From positions 62,001 to 126,000 of the forward strand of contig NIVC01001549.1 of assembly GCA_002269645.1 (NCBI GenBank): a DNA stretch of 64,000 nucleotides. The letters are read 5' to 3'. The notes below the pieces were generated by a model, which searched no databases, had not been told where the DNA came from, and saw only the letters and a program-made list of their open reading frames with translations. The translations under genes were made by a program, and so were the position numbers. Below, in pieces: positions 52,801-64,000 of the stretch. The stretch is from Macrostomum lignano. Its lineage: Eukaryota. How positions within the stretch are numbered: position 1 is the first letter of the stretch; every line of letters starts with the position of its first letter.

Positions 52801-54999
52801 GTCAGATTAGCACTGCTCACCCAGATTAGACCCTTTGCAAATTAGCACTTACAGCAGATTAGCACTGCTCTAGAAGACTAACGCAGCCCCAGCAAAAGTA
52901 TCTTTAAATTTAAGTGTTTACCATCTCCATGAATCTGCATAGGATGCAATCATTATTGTCACAGGTCACAAAGATAAATTCGCTGCTTCAATGCAGGCTC
53001 GAACTGCTGACATCAAAGCATTCTGTTTGCTTCTGCTTGATACTGCCTGCCTACTGCGGCTATTGTGCCTATTGACATGTGGTCGAAATAATCTAGTTTA
53101 GCAACTTCAGCCGTTTGAAGTTAACCCCCGGAAATCGGCATTTATCCCCACAACAACCTGAAATTATCCCTTCATCTAATCCGCAAAAAGACTGCAGTTA
53201 TTTCTTAGCAGCCGGCATTTATCATCCACTTTGCATTTTAAAACTTTTATTAAAATTAAGAATGCATACCCTCAGCGGCATAGAATTGTCCCCTTAGCCA
53301 AAAATATTTCACTTAGCAGCCGCAGAAATCCCCTAAACAACTTGTACTTAATCTTCCACAGTAAATATCCACTCAAAACTCAATAGTTAGTTATAAGCCT
53401 CAGAAGTCTGCCATTATCCTCTAATTAGTCCGCAGTTTTCCCTCTCAGCAGTCTGCAGCTATACGCTCATACGTCTGGAGGAACTACCTCAGCAGTTTGC
53501 AGTTGTTTCCCCTTTGCAATCTGCAATGATCCCTTCGACAGTCTGCAGTTCCCCTCAGCAGTCTGCAGTCATTTCATTTTCAGTCTACAACTGTACCATT
53601 AACGATTTTCATTCTCTCAGCAGCCTGCAGTTCTCCTCTCGGCCGGCTCCTCAGTCTCCTCTGCAAACTGCAATTTGCTCAGAATTTTACGGCTCACTAA
53701 TCAATTTTCGATACATATCGGCAGTCTTGAAAAGCTCAGCATTTAGCAGCATTGTCTGCAGTTTAGTAATTTCGTACTTTTATGGAGCTAGACAATACCC
53801 ATTGATGGGATCAGTTATACTCGAAGCAGTTTTTACAAATCAAATTTGATTAGTGGCTAGTGCCGAGTAGCAAAAAATGAATTGCTAATTAATAAAAAAA
53901 TGTTTTAATTGAAATTAAATAAAAATGTTTCAATTAGTCCAGGCACAAGCTATAAATTATTGAATTATTTGAATTTTTATTATCCTCCGGGGAGGCAGAC
54001 TCGAACCTTGGACCTTACGTCTAGCCTAAACCTAGTCCTAAGTGCCTACACTGCGGCTACTCCGCCTATTGATGGGAGGACAACAAAATCAGCCATATAT
54101 GCTTCAGAACTGCAGTTAAAATACATAGCAGTGATAGGCTGCTCAGTGTGTAGGCGTGCAGGCGGAGCCAATGCACAGTTGATTGAGTGAAATCTATAAA
54201 TAGCAATTTTCTATGGAGTCCGCCAGTCAGAGCCAGGGTCAGAATGTACACACGCAGCCACTGAGCATTTTCTCTCCTTGCACACTGCAACCAGTATTGA
54301 AGCTTACACAGTGGAGAGAGAAAAGTTATGGCGCAATCATAATTGGAATTGGAATTCAGCCAGTCCAGTCAAGAATTCAACCTAGTTTGCCCTACCATTA
54401 AAAGCATTGGGAAAACTCGTTTTTCGAATATTTAATACCTTTAGCATTAAAGCCGATTAAAGAAATTTCAACTGTCTTCTTTCCAGATAATTACAAATCT
54501 TTTCGTAAAAACGCGATTAAAATTGGTCAATGGTTCTATCTCTAGAACGTTACACGAATACTAACACAAATTCTCTTCGAGTGAAAGTCACACGAAGCAG
54601 CTATGACATAATCAAATACTCAGGCAGTCAGCATCAGTCTCAATTAAAGTTAGCAATATGGTTACGCAATTTCTGTCTTTCAACTTGGCACAGTGTTTTC
54701 AACTTGTTGTGATGCAATCTTTATCAAAATCAGAATTCAGTCAGTCGGTTTTTTCTCTAGCATTCTTACAGCGCATTTCAAGTCGAAAGAGCTGCTTGAC
54801 CTTTGCAAAAAAGCAAGTTTTTCGAATATTTAATCCCTTTAGCATTGAAGCAGATTAAAGAAATTTTAACCGTCTTCTTTCCAGACAATTTTAAATCTTT
54901 TGACGAAAACGTGATCAAAATTGGTGAAGAATTGCAATCTGTAGAGCGTTATGGACATTCAAGCATACGAACAAACCTTAGAGATTTAGTATATTTAGA
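49829..54999 (-). mobile_element. Helitron H5, second tandem unit (5171 bp)
   Basis: Near-identical to H4, same termini, exact CTAG|TC junctions. Confidence 0.87.
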
Positions 55000-57900
55000 C
55001 TAGCCATTTAGCCCCCCGCTGGGGAGCCCTAAAATGACACCAATTGGTTTTTATTTTGACGCAAGAGTAACCTTACTATAATTATCCAAAATGTTGATTT
55101 CCATTAATCAAAAATTACCTTTTCTCATTTTGGCAAAAATAAATTGCCATGAATCAGAACTTTCATCAGCCAAAAAAGGTTCCTTCATCAGCCCAAAACC
55201 CTTTCTCAATCAGCAAATAGTGCTTATCCTTTCAAGCACAAACTCTTAGTGCATATCGTCGCTGGCCGGGGCATATTCTTATCCGCAGCAAATATGCAAA
55301 TCATTGACGGCCTTAGACCCTCTCTTTTAATTAGCCTAAATCAAAGAATGAAACCTCTAATAAATGCGCTGGTATTTCCTATTAGCAGAAATCAGCATCA
55401 CTTGTGTGTACAATTTCATTATCTGAATTACATGAGGTACTTCAGCTGTACTACCTGACTATCTGACAATCGCCCAACAACCTAACACCCCCAACAATTC
55501 AGCCATCGTCCATGAGCCTTGTCATCTTAGCAATTCCCCCCAGTAAGCCTTGTCATCTTAGCAATTCCCCCCAGTAAGCCTTGAAATCTCAGCAATTCCC
55601 CAAGTAAGCCTTGACAAGAATTGCTAAGAATTGCTAAGAATACTTAGCTAACAATTGCTAATACTTGCTAAGAATTGCTGAGAAGCCTCGAGATCTCAGC
55701 AATTCCCCCAGTAAGCATTGACATCTCAGCAATTCTCCCAGTAAGCCTTGAAATCTTAGCAATTCCCCCAGAAAGAATTCACATCTTAGCAATTGCCGCA
55801 GTAAGCCTTGAAATCGCTGCAATTCCCCCAGTAAGCCTTAACATCTCAGCAATTCCCCCAATAAGCCTTGACATCTGAGGAATTCCCCCAGTAAGCCTTA
55901 AAATCTAAGCATTTCCCCAGTAAGCCTTGAAATCTCAGCATTCCCCCAGAAAGCCTTCACATTTTAGCAATTCCCAGTAAGACTTGACATCTTAGCAATT
56001 CCCAGTAAGACTTGACATCTCAGCAGTTCCCCCATTAAGCATCGACATCGCAGCAATTAAACTCGAGCCTTGACATCTACGCAGTTCTCTCAGCTGAGTA
56101 AGCCTTGACATCCCAACAACCCAACTCCGCTCCCCCAAGAATTCAGCAATCCCCTTATGAGCCTTGATATCTCTGCAATTTCTTCATAAGCCTTGTCAAC
56201 TCAGCGATTCCATTCATGAGCTTTGATATCTTAGCAACTCCCATCTTAGCAAGTCTTTAGTTAATGGTTAACAGAGTGGTTATTCTATGATTGAACCAAA
56301 ACTGACCCTAAGCCCCTAACCCTAACCCATAAGTGAGTCTTGGCATGTTAGCAATCTCCCCCGTGAGCCTTGAGCCTGAGCATTTAAGTAACTTCCTCAT
56401 AAGCTTTGAAATATAAATTTCACCGAAAGCCTTGAACTGTCAGCAATTCCCTAAGAGCCAAAGCATATAACTAATTCGCCCCTTTAATCTTTGAAATTCC
56501 TTGATGAATCATTTATGATTGACACGACGATCGCTCTATAATTAAACTCAAATCCTAACCCTTAACCTGCAGCCGAGTCACAGCATTTCAGCAACTCCCC
56601 CTCTCAGCCCAAGAATTTCAGCAATTCCCCAATGAGCTTTTGAAATCTTAGCAATTTTCCCATGAGCATGAAACTTTAGTGACTAACCTTTTGATATCTT
56701 GGCACTTTCACATGAGTCTTATGGTTGAAAACTAACCCTGCCAAGTCACAGCATTTCAGCAATTCCCACCGTAAACCACAGCATTTCGACAAATACCCAA
56801 TGAACCTTGACATTTCGTGAATTTCAGCTATTCGCTTTAGGAGCCTTTGAAATCTCAGCCATTCCCCTGTGAACCTTAGCATCTCAGCAATACCCAAGAG
56901 TCACAGCCTACAGCATTACAGGGATCCCCCGTGAGCTTTGAAATCTCAGCTATTCCCCAATGAGCCTTGATATCTCAGCAACTCCTATTTGAGCCACAAA
57001 ATTTCGGCAATATGAGCAGGTACTGCAATCACAACAATCCCCCTGAGCATTGAGCCACATTATAATTCGGATATCCCCCACGAGCCTTTACAACTTAGCA
57101 ATTCCCCAATGAGTATTTAATGTTAGACAGGCCTATTCATTTATATGGTTTACGTCTTACTCTTACCCTAACAATGTCGGCAATTCCCTCAAGAGCCACA
57201 GCATTCCAGAAATTATTTCCATGAGCCTTGACAGCAAATAATTTTAATGAGCCTTGATACCTCAGAAATTTCTCAAATGGAATTTGAAATCAAAGCAATT
57301 CTGCCCAGAATCACATCAGTATAGAAATTTCCCTCTGAGACTTGACAAGACATCTCAGAATTTCTCTCATGGGCCTTGATCTGGCCCATGGCCCAGTAAG
57401 CCTTGAAATCTCAATAATTCCCCAGTAAGCCTTGACATCTCAGAAATTCCCTCATTAAGATCGACATCGCAGCAATTGAACTTAAGCTTTGAAATCAAAG
57501 CAATTCTCCCAGAATCACATCATTATAGCAATTACCGCTGAGCCTTGAGATCTTAGAAATTCTCCCATGAGTCTTGATATCACAGAAATTTTCCATACCA
57601 GCCTTGACATCTTAGCAATTCACATTGAGTATTTTATTCTCGACAGACCGCTTCTTTTATGGTTGACATGATGATTCTTTTGTCGCTTTTTCTTGTGTTG
57701 AGTTTTCTTCTGTTTAAAGTAGCATTTATTAAAAACTTACAGTGGTTTACCATCACTTTAGCAATGGTTTACCATCACTTTAGCGATGGTTCACCAGCAA
57801 TTTAGCAATGGTTCACCAGCAGTTTAGCAATGGTTCACCGGCACTGTTCCGCAAAATCTGGGAGCAGATGGCTACTGATCTCCATATGCTTCTCAATAAT

Positions 57901-60900
57901 CGAAACCATTTGAAATGTTTGCAACTTGCAGTTTAAAATTGATTTGCAATTCTCTTGCATATTTATTAATTCATTGTACGTCAGATTAGCACTGCTCACC
58001 CAGGTTAGACCCTTTGCAAATTAGTACTTACAGCAGATTAGCACTGCTCTAGAAGACTAACGCAGCCCCAGCAAAAGTAGCTTTAAATTTAAGTGTTTAC
58101 CATCTCCATGAATCTGCATAGGATGCAATCATTATTGTCACAGGTCACAAAGATAAATTCGCTGCTTCAATGCAGGCTCGAACTGCTGACATCAAAGCAT
58201 TCTGTTTGCTTCTGCTTGATACTGCCTGCCTACTGCGGCTATTGTGCCTATTGACATGTGGTCGAAATAATCTAGTTTAGCAACTTCAGCCGTTTGAAGT
58301 TAACCCCCGGAAATCGGCATTTATCCCCACAACAACCTGAAATTATCCCTTCATCTAATTCCGCAAAAAGACAGCAGTTATTTCTTAGCAGCCGGCATTT
58401 ATCATCCACTTTGCATTTTAAACTTTTATTAAAATTAAGAATGCATACCCTCAGCGGCATAGAATTGTCCCCTTAGCCAAAAATATTTCACTTAGCAGCC
58501 GCAGAAATCCCCTAAACAACTTGTACTTAATCTTCCACAGTAAATATCCAATCAAAACTCAATAGTTAGTTATAAGCCTCAGAAGTCTGCCATTATCCTC
58601 TAATTAGTCCGCAGTTTTCCCTCTCAGCAGTCTGCAGCTATACGCTCATACGTCTGGAGGAACTACCTCAGCAGTTTGCAGTTGTTTCCCCTTTGCAATC
58701 TGCAATGATCCCTTCGACAGTCTGCAGTTCCCCTCAGCAGTCTGCAGTCATTCCATTTTCAGTCTACAACTGTACCATTAACGATTTTCATCTCTCAGCA
58801 GCCTGCAGTTCTCCTCTCGGCCGGCTCCTCAGTCTCCTCTGCAAACTGCAATTTGCTCAGAATTTTACGGCTCACTAATCAATTTTCGATACATATCGGC
58901 AGTCTTGAAAAGCTCAGCATTTAGCAGCATTGTCTGCAGTTTAGTAATTTCGTACTTTTATGGAGCTAGACAATACCCATTGATGGGATCAGTTATACTC
59001 AAAGCAGTTTTTACAAATCAAATTTGATTAGTGGCTAGTGCCGAGTAGCAAAAAATGAATTGCTAATTAATAAAAAAATGTTTTAATTGAAATTAAATAA
59101 AAAATGTTTCAATTAGTCCAGGCACAAGCTATAAATTATTGAATTATTTGAATTTTTATTATCCTCCGGGGAGGCAGACTCGAACCTTGGACCTTACGTC
59201 TAGCCTAAACCTAGTCCTAAGTGCCTACACTGCGGCTACTCCGCCTATTGATGGGAGGACAACAAAATCAGCCATATATGCTTCAGAACTGTAGTTAAAA
59301 TACATAGCAGTGATAGGCTGCTCAGTGTGTAGGCGTGCAGGCGGAGCCAATGCACAGTTGATTGAGTGAAATCTATAAATAGCAATTTTCTATGGAGTCC
59401 GCCAGTCAGAGCCAGGGTCAGAATGTACACACGCAGCCACTGAGCATTTTCTCTCCTTGCACACTGCAACCAGTATTGAAGCTTACACAGTGGAGAGAGA
59501 AAAGTTATGGCGCAATCATAATTGGAATTGGAATTCAGCCAGTCCAGTCAAGAATTCAACCTAGTTTGCCCTACCATTAAAAGCATTGGGAAAACTCGTT
59601 TTTCGAATATTTAATACCTTTAGCATTATATGCAGCAAATATGCAAATCATTGACGGCCTTAGACCCTCTCTTTTAATTAGCCTAAATCAAAGAATGAAA
59701 CCTTTAATAAATGCGCTGGTATTTCCTATTAGCAGAAATCAGCATCACTTGTGTGTACAATTTCATTATCTGAATTACATGAGGTACTTCAGCTGTACTA
59801 CCTGACTATCTGACAATCGCCCAACAACCTAACACCCCCAACAATTCAGCCATCGTCCATGAGCCTTGTCATCTTAGCAATTCCCCCCAGTAAGCCTTGT
59901 CATCTTAGCAATTCCCCCCAGTAAGCCTTGAAATCTCAGCAATTCCCCAAGTAAGCCTTGACAAGAATTGCTAAGAATTGCTAAGAATACTTAGCTAACA
60001 ATTGCTAATACTTGCTAAGAATTGCTGAGAAGCCTCGAGATCTCAGCAATTCCCCCAGTAAGCATTGACATCTCAGCAATTCTCCCAGTAAGCCTTGAAA
60101 TCTTAGCAATTCCCCCAGAAAGAATTCACATCTTAGCAATTGCCGCAGTAAGCCTTGAAATCGCTGCAATTCCCCCAGTAAGCCTTAACATCTCAGCAAT
60201 TCCCCCAATAAGCCTTGACATCTGAGGAATTCCCCCAGTAAGCCTTAAAATCTAAGCATTTCCCCAGTAAGCCTTGAAATCTCAGCATTCCCCCAGAAAG
60301 CCTTCACATTTTAGCAATTCCCAGTAAGACTTGACATCTTAGCAATTCCCAGTAAGACTTGACATCTCAGCAGTTCCCCCATTAAGCATCGACATCGCAG
60401 CAATTAAACTCGAGCCTTGACATCTACGCAGTTCTCTCAGCTGAGTAAGCCTTGACATCCCAACAACCCAACTCCGCTCCCCCAAGAATTCAGCAATCCC
60501 CTTATGAGCCTTGATATCTCTGCAATTTCTTCATAAGCCTTGTCAACTCAGCGATTCCATTCATGAGCTTTGATATCTTAGCAACTCCCATCTTAGCAAG
60601 TCTTTAGTTAATGGTTAACAGAGTGGTTATTCTATGATTGAACCAAAACTGACCCTAAGCCCCTAACCCTAACCCATAAGTGAGTCTTGGCATGTTAGCA
60701 ATCTCCCCCGTGAGCCTTGAGCCTGAGCATTTAAGTAACTTCCTCATAAGCTTTGAAATATAAATTTCACCGAAAGCCTTGAACTGTCAGCAATTCCCTA
60801 AGAGCCAAAGCATATAACTAATTCGCCCCTTTAATCTTTGAAATTCCTTGATGAATCATTTATGATTGACACGACGATCGCTCTATAATTAAACTCAAAT

Positions 60901-63900
60901 CCTAACCCTTAACCTGCAGCCGAGTCACAGCATTTCAGCAACTCCCCCTCTCAGCCCAAGAATTTCAGCAATTCCCCAATGAGCTTTTGAAATCTTAGCA
61001 ATTTTCCCATGAGCATGAAACTTTAGTGACTAACCTTTTGATATCTTGGCACTTTCACATGAGTCTTATGGTTGAAAACTAACCCTGCCAAGTCACAGCA
61101 TTTCAGCAATTCCCACCGTAAACCACAGCATTTCGACAAATACCCAATGAACCTTGACATTTCGTGAATTTCAGCTATTCGCTTTAGGAGCCTTTGAAAT
61201 CTCAGCCATTCCCCTGTGAACCTTAGCATCTCAGCAATACCCAAGAGTCACAGCCTACAGCATTACAGGGATCCCCCGTGAGCTTTGAAATCTCAGCTAT
61301 TCCCCAATGAGCCTTGATATCTCAGCAACTCCTATTTGAGCCACAAAATTTCGGCAATATGAGCAGGTACTGCAATCACAACAATCCCCCTGAGCATTGA
61401 GCCACATTATAATTCGGATATCCCCCCACGAGCCTTTACAACTTAGCAATTCCCCAATGAGTATTTAATGTTAGACAGGCCTATTCATTTATATGGTTTA
61501 CGTCTTACTCTTACCCTAACAATGTCGGCAATTCCCTCAAGAGCCACAGCATTCCAGAAATTATTTCCATGAGCCTTGACAGCAAATAATTTTAATGAGC
61601 CTTGATACCTCAGAAATTTCTCAAATGGAATTTGAAATCAAAGCAATTCTGCCCAGAATCACATCAGTATAGAAATTTCCCTCTGAGACTTGACAAGACA
61701 TCTCAGAATTTCTCTCATGGGCCTTGATCTGGCCCATGGCCCAGTAAGCCTTGAAATCTCAATAATTCCCCAGTAAGCCTTGACATCTCAGAAATTCCCT
61801 CATTAAGATCGACATCGCAGCAATTGAACTTAAGCTTTGAAATCAAAGCAATTCTCCCAGAATCACATCATTATAGCAATTACCGCTGAGCCTTGAGATC
61901 TTAGAAATTCTCCCATGAGTCTTGATATCACAGAAATTTTCCATACCAGCCTTGACATCTTAGCAATTCACATTGAGTATTTTATTCTCGACAGACCGCT
62001 TCTTTTATGGTTGACATGATGATTCTTTTGTCGCTTTTTCTTGTGTTGAGTTTTCTTCTGTTTAAAGTAGCATTTATTAAAAACTTACAGTGGTTTACCA
62101 TCACTTTAGCAATGGTTTACCATCACTTTAGCGATGGTTCACCAGCAATTTAGCAATGGTTCACCAGCAGTTTAGCAATGGTTCACCGGCACTGTTCCGC
62201 AAAATCTGGGAGCAGATGGCTACTGATCTCCATATGCTTCTCAATAATCGAAACCATTTGAAATGTTTGCAACTTGCAGTTTAAAATTGATTTGCAATTC
62301 TCTTGCATATTTATTAATTCATTGTACGTCAGATTAGCACTGCTCACCCAGATTAGACCCTTTGCAAATTAGTACTTACAGCAGATTAGCACTGCTCTAG
62401 AAGACTAACGCAGCCCCAGCAAAAGTAGCTTTAAATTTAAGTGTTTACCATCTCCATGAATCTGCATAGGATGCAATCATTATTGTCACAGGTCACAAAG
62501 ATAAATTCGCTGCTTCAATGCAGGCTCGAACTGCTGACATCAAAGCATTCTGTTTGCTTCTGCTTGATACTGCCTGCCTACTGCGGCGATTGTGCCTATT
62601 GACATGTGGTCGAAATAATCTAGTTTAGCAACTTCAGCCGTTTGAAGTTAACCCCCGGAAATCGGCATTTATCCCCACAACAACCTGAAATTATCCCTTC
62701 ATCTAATCCCGCAAAAAGACTGCAGTTATTTCTTAGCAGCCGGCATTTATCATCCACTTTGCATTTTAAAACTTTTATTAAAATTAAGAATGCATACCCT
62801 CAGCGGCATAGAATTGTCCCCTTAGCCAAAAATATTTCACTTAGCAGCCGCAGAAATCCCCTAAACAACTTGTACTTAATCTTCCACAGTAAATATCCAC
62901 TCAAAACTCAATAGTTAGTTATAAGCCTCAGAAGTCTGCCATTATCCTCTAATTAGTCCGCAGTTTTCCCTCTCAGCAGTCTGCAGCTATACGCTCATAC
63001 GTCTGGAGGAACTACCTCAGCAGTTTGCAGTTGTTTCCCCTTTGCAATCTGCAATGATCCCTTCGACAGTCTGCAGTTCCCCTCAGCAGTCTGCAGTCAT
63101 TTCATTTTCAGTCTACAACTGTACCATTAACGATTTTCATTCATTCTCTCAGCAGCCTGCAGTTCTCCTCTCGGCCGGCTCCTCAGTCTCCTCTGCAAAC
63201 TGCAATTTGCTCAGAATTTTACGGCTCACTAATCAATTTTCGATACATATCGGCAGTCTTGAAAAGCTCAGCATTTAGCAGCATTGTCTGCAGTTTAGTA
63301 ATTTCGTACTTTTATGGAGCTAGACAATACCCATTGATGGGATCAGTTATACTCGAAGCAGTTTTTACAAATCAAATTTGATTAGTGGCTTGTGCCGAGT
63401 AGCAAAAAATGAATTGCTAATTAATAAAAAAATGTTTCAATTGAAATTAAATAAAAGATGTTTCAATTAGTCCAGGCACAAGCTATAAATTATTGAATTA
63501 TTTGAATTTTTATTATCCGCCGGGGAGGCAGACTCGAACCTTGGACCTTACGTCTAGCCTAAACCTAGTCCTAAGTGCCTACACTGCGGCTACTCCGCCT
63601 ATTGATGGGAGGACAACAAAATCAGCCATATATGCTTCAGAACTGCAGTTAAAATACATAGCAGTGATAGGCTGCTCAGTGTGTAGGCGTGCAGGCGGAG
63701 CCAATGCACAGTTGATTGAGTGAAATCTATAAATAGCAATTTTCTATGGAGTCCGCCAGTCAGAGCCAGGGTCAGAATGTACACACGCAGCCACTGAGCA
63801 TTTTCTCTCCTTGCACACTGCAACCAGTATTGAAGCTTACACAGTGGAGAGAGAAAAGTTATGGCGCAATCATAATTGGAATTGGAATTCAGCCAGTCCA

Positions 63901-64000
63901 GTCAAGAATTCAACCTAGTTTGCCCTACCATTAAAAGCATTGGGAAAACTCGTTTTTCGAATATTTAATACCTTTAGCATTAAAGCCGATTAAAGAAATT
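55000..64000 (-). mobile_element. Helitron units H6+H7 fused by an ~835-bp deletion at 59628-59632; runs off the window end
   Basis: Marker ORFs recur at 45319, 50500, 55675 and 60022 (spacings 5181, 5175, 4347). Junction TAGCATTA-tat-GCAGCAAAT lacks the terminal sequences. Confidence 0.85.

Noticed and set aside
44675-64000. Histone, snRNA, 5S or SL-RNA gene array as the explanation for the ~5.2-kb tandem unit
   Set aside because: No histone ORF and no recognisable U1/U2/U6/5S/SL sequence seen; Helitron termini explain the unit boundaries. An Infernal/Rfam scan would be the definitive check

Overview
Eukaryotic (metazoan) genomic DNA. GC-rich poly-Q exons and minisatellite-filled introns suggest a flatworm such as Macrostomum; the taxon is an inference. 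Four spliced host genes can be reconstructed with consistent intron phases: a divergent ETS transcription factor (2314-3935 +), an MS4A/CD20-like tetraspan protein (11988-15053 +), an ATG8/GABARAPL2 orthologue (17000-21887 -), and an OCRL/INPP5B-like ASH-RhoGAP protein (35046-39890 -). The last one lacks the 5-phosphatase domain but has an Arg at the RhoGAP arginine-finger position. The rest is mostly mobile DNA: a decayed Ingi-like LINE; an internally deleted THAP/P-like element (22371-30341) carrying several nested TIR elements whose TSDs allow the empty sites to be rebuilt; a cluster of three Crypton (tyrosine recombinase) copies separated by long hairpins (31251-34715); two inverted tRNA-SINEs; and, from 40503 to the window end, an unbroken head-to-tail stack of minus-strand Helitrons of at least three end types. 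These are joined exactly at CTRR|TC, carry satellite cargo and tRNA-like relics, and include a ~5.17-kb tandem unit. Coordinates were counted by eye; repeat boundaries are approximate unless a TSD or splice site is quoted.
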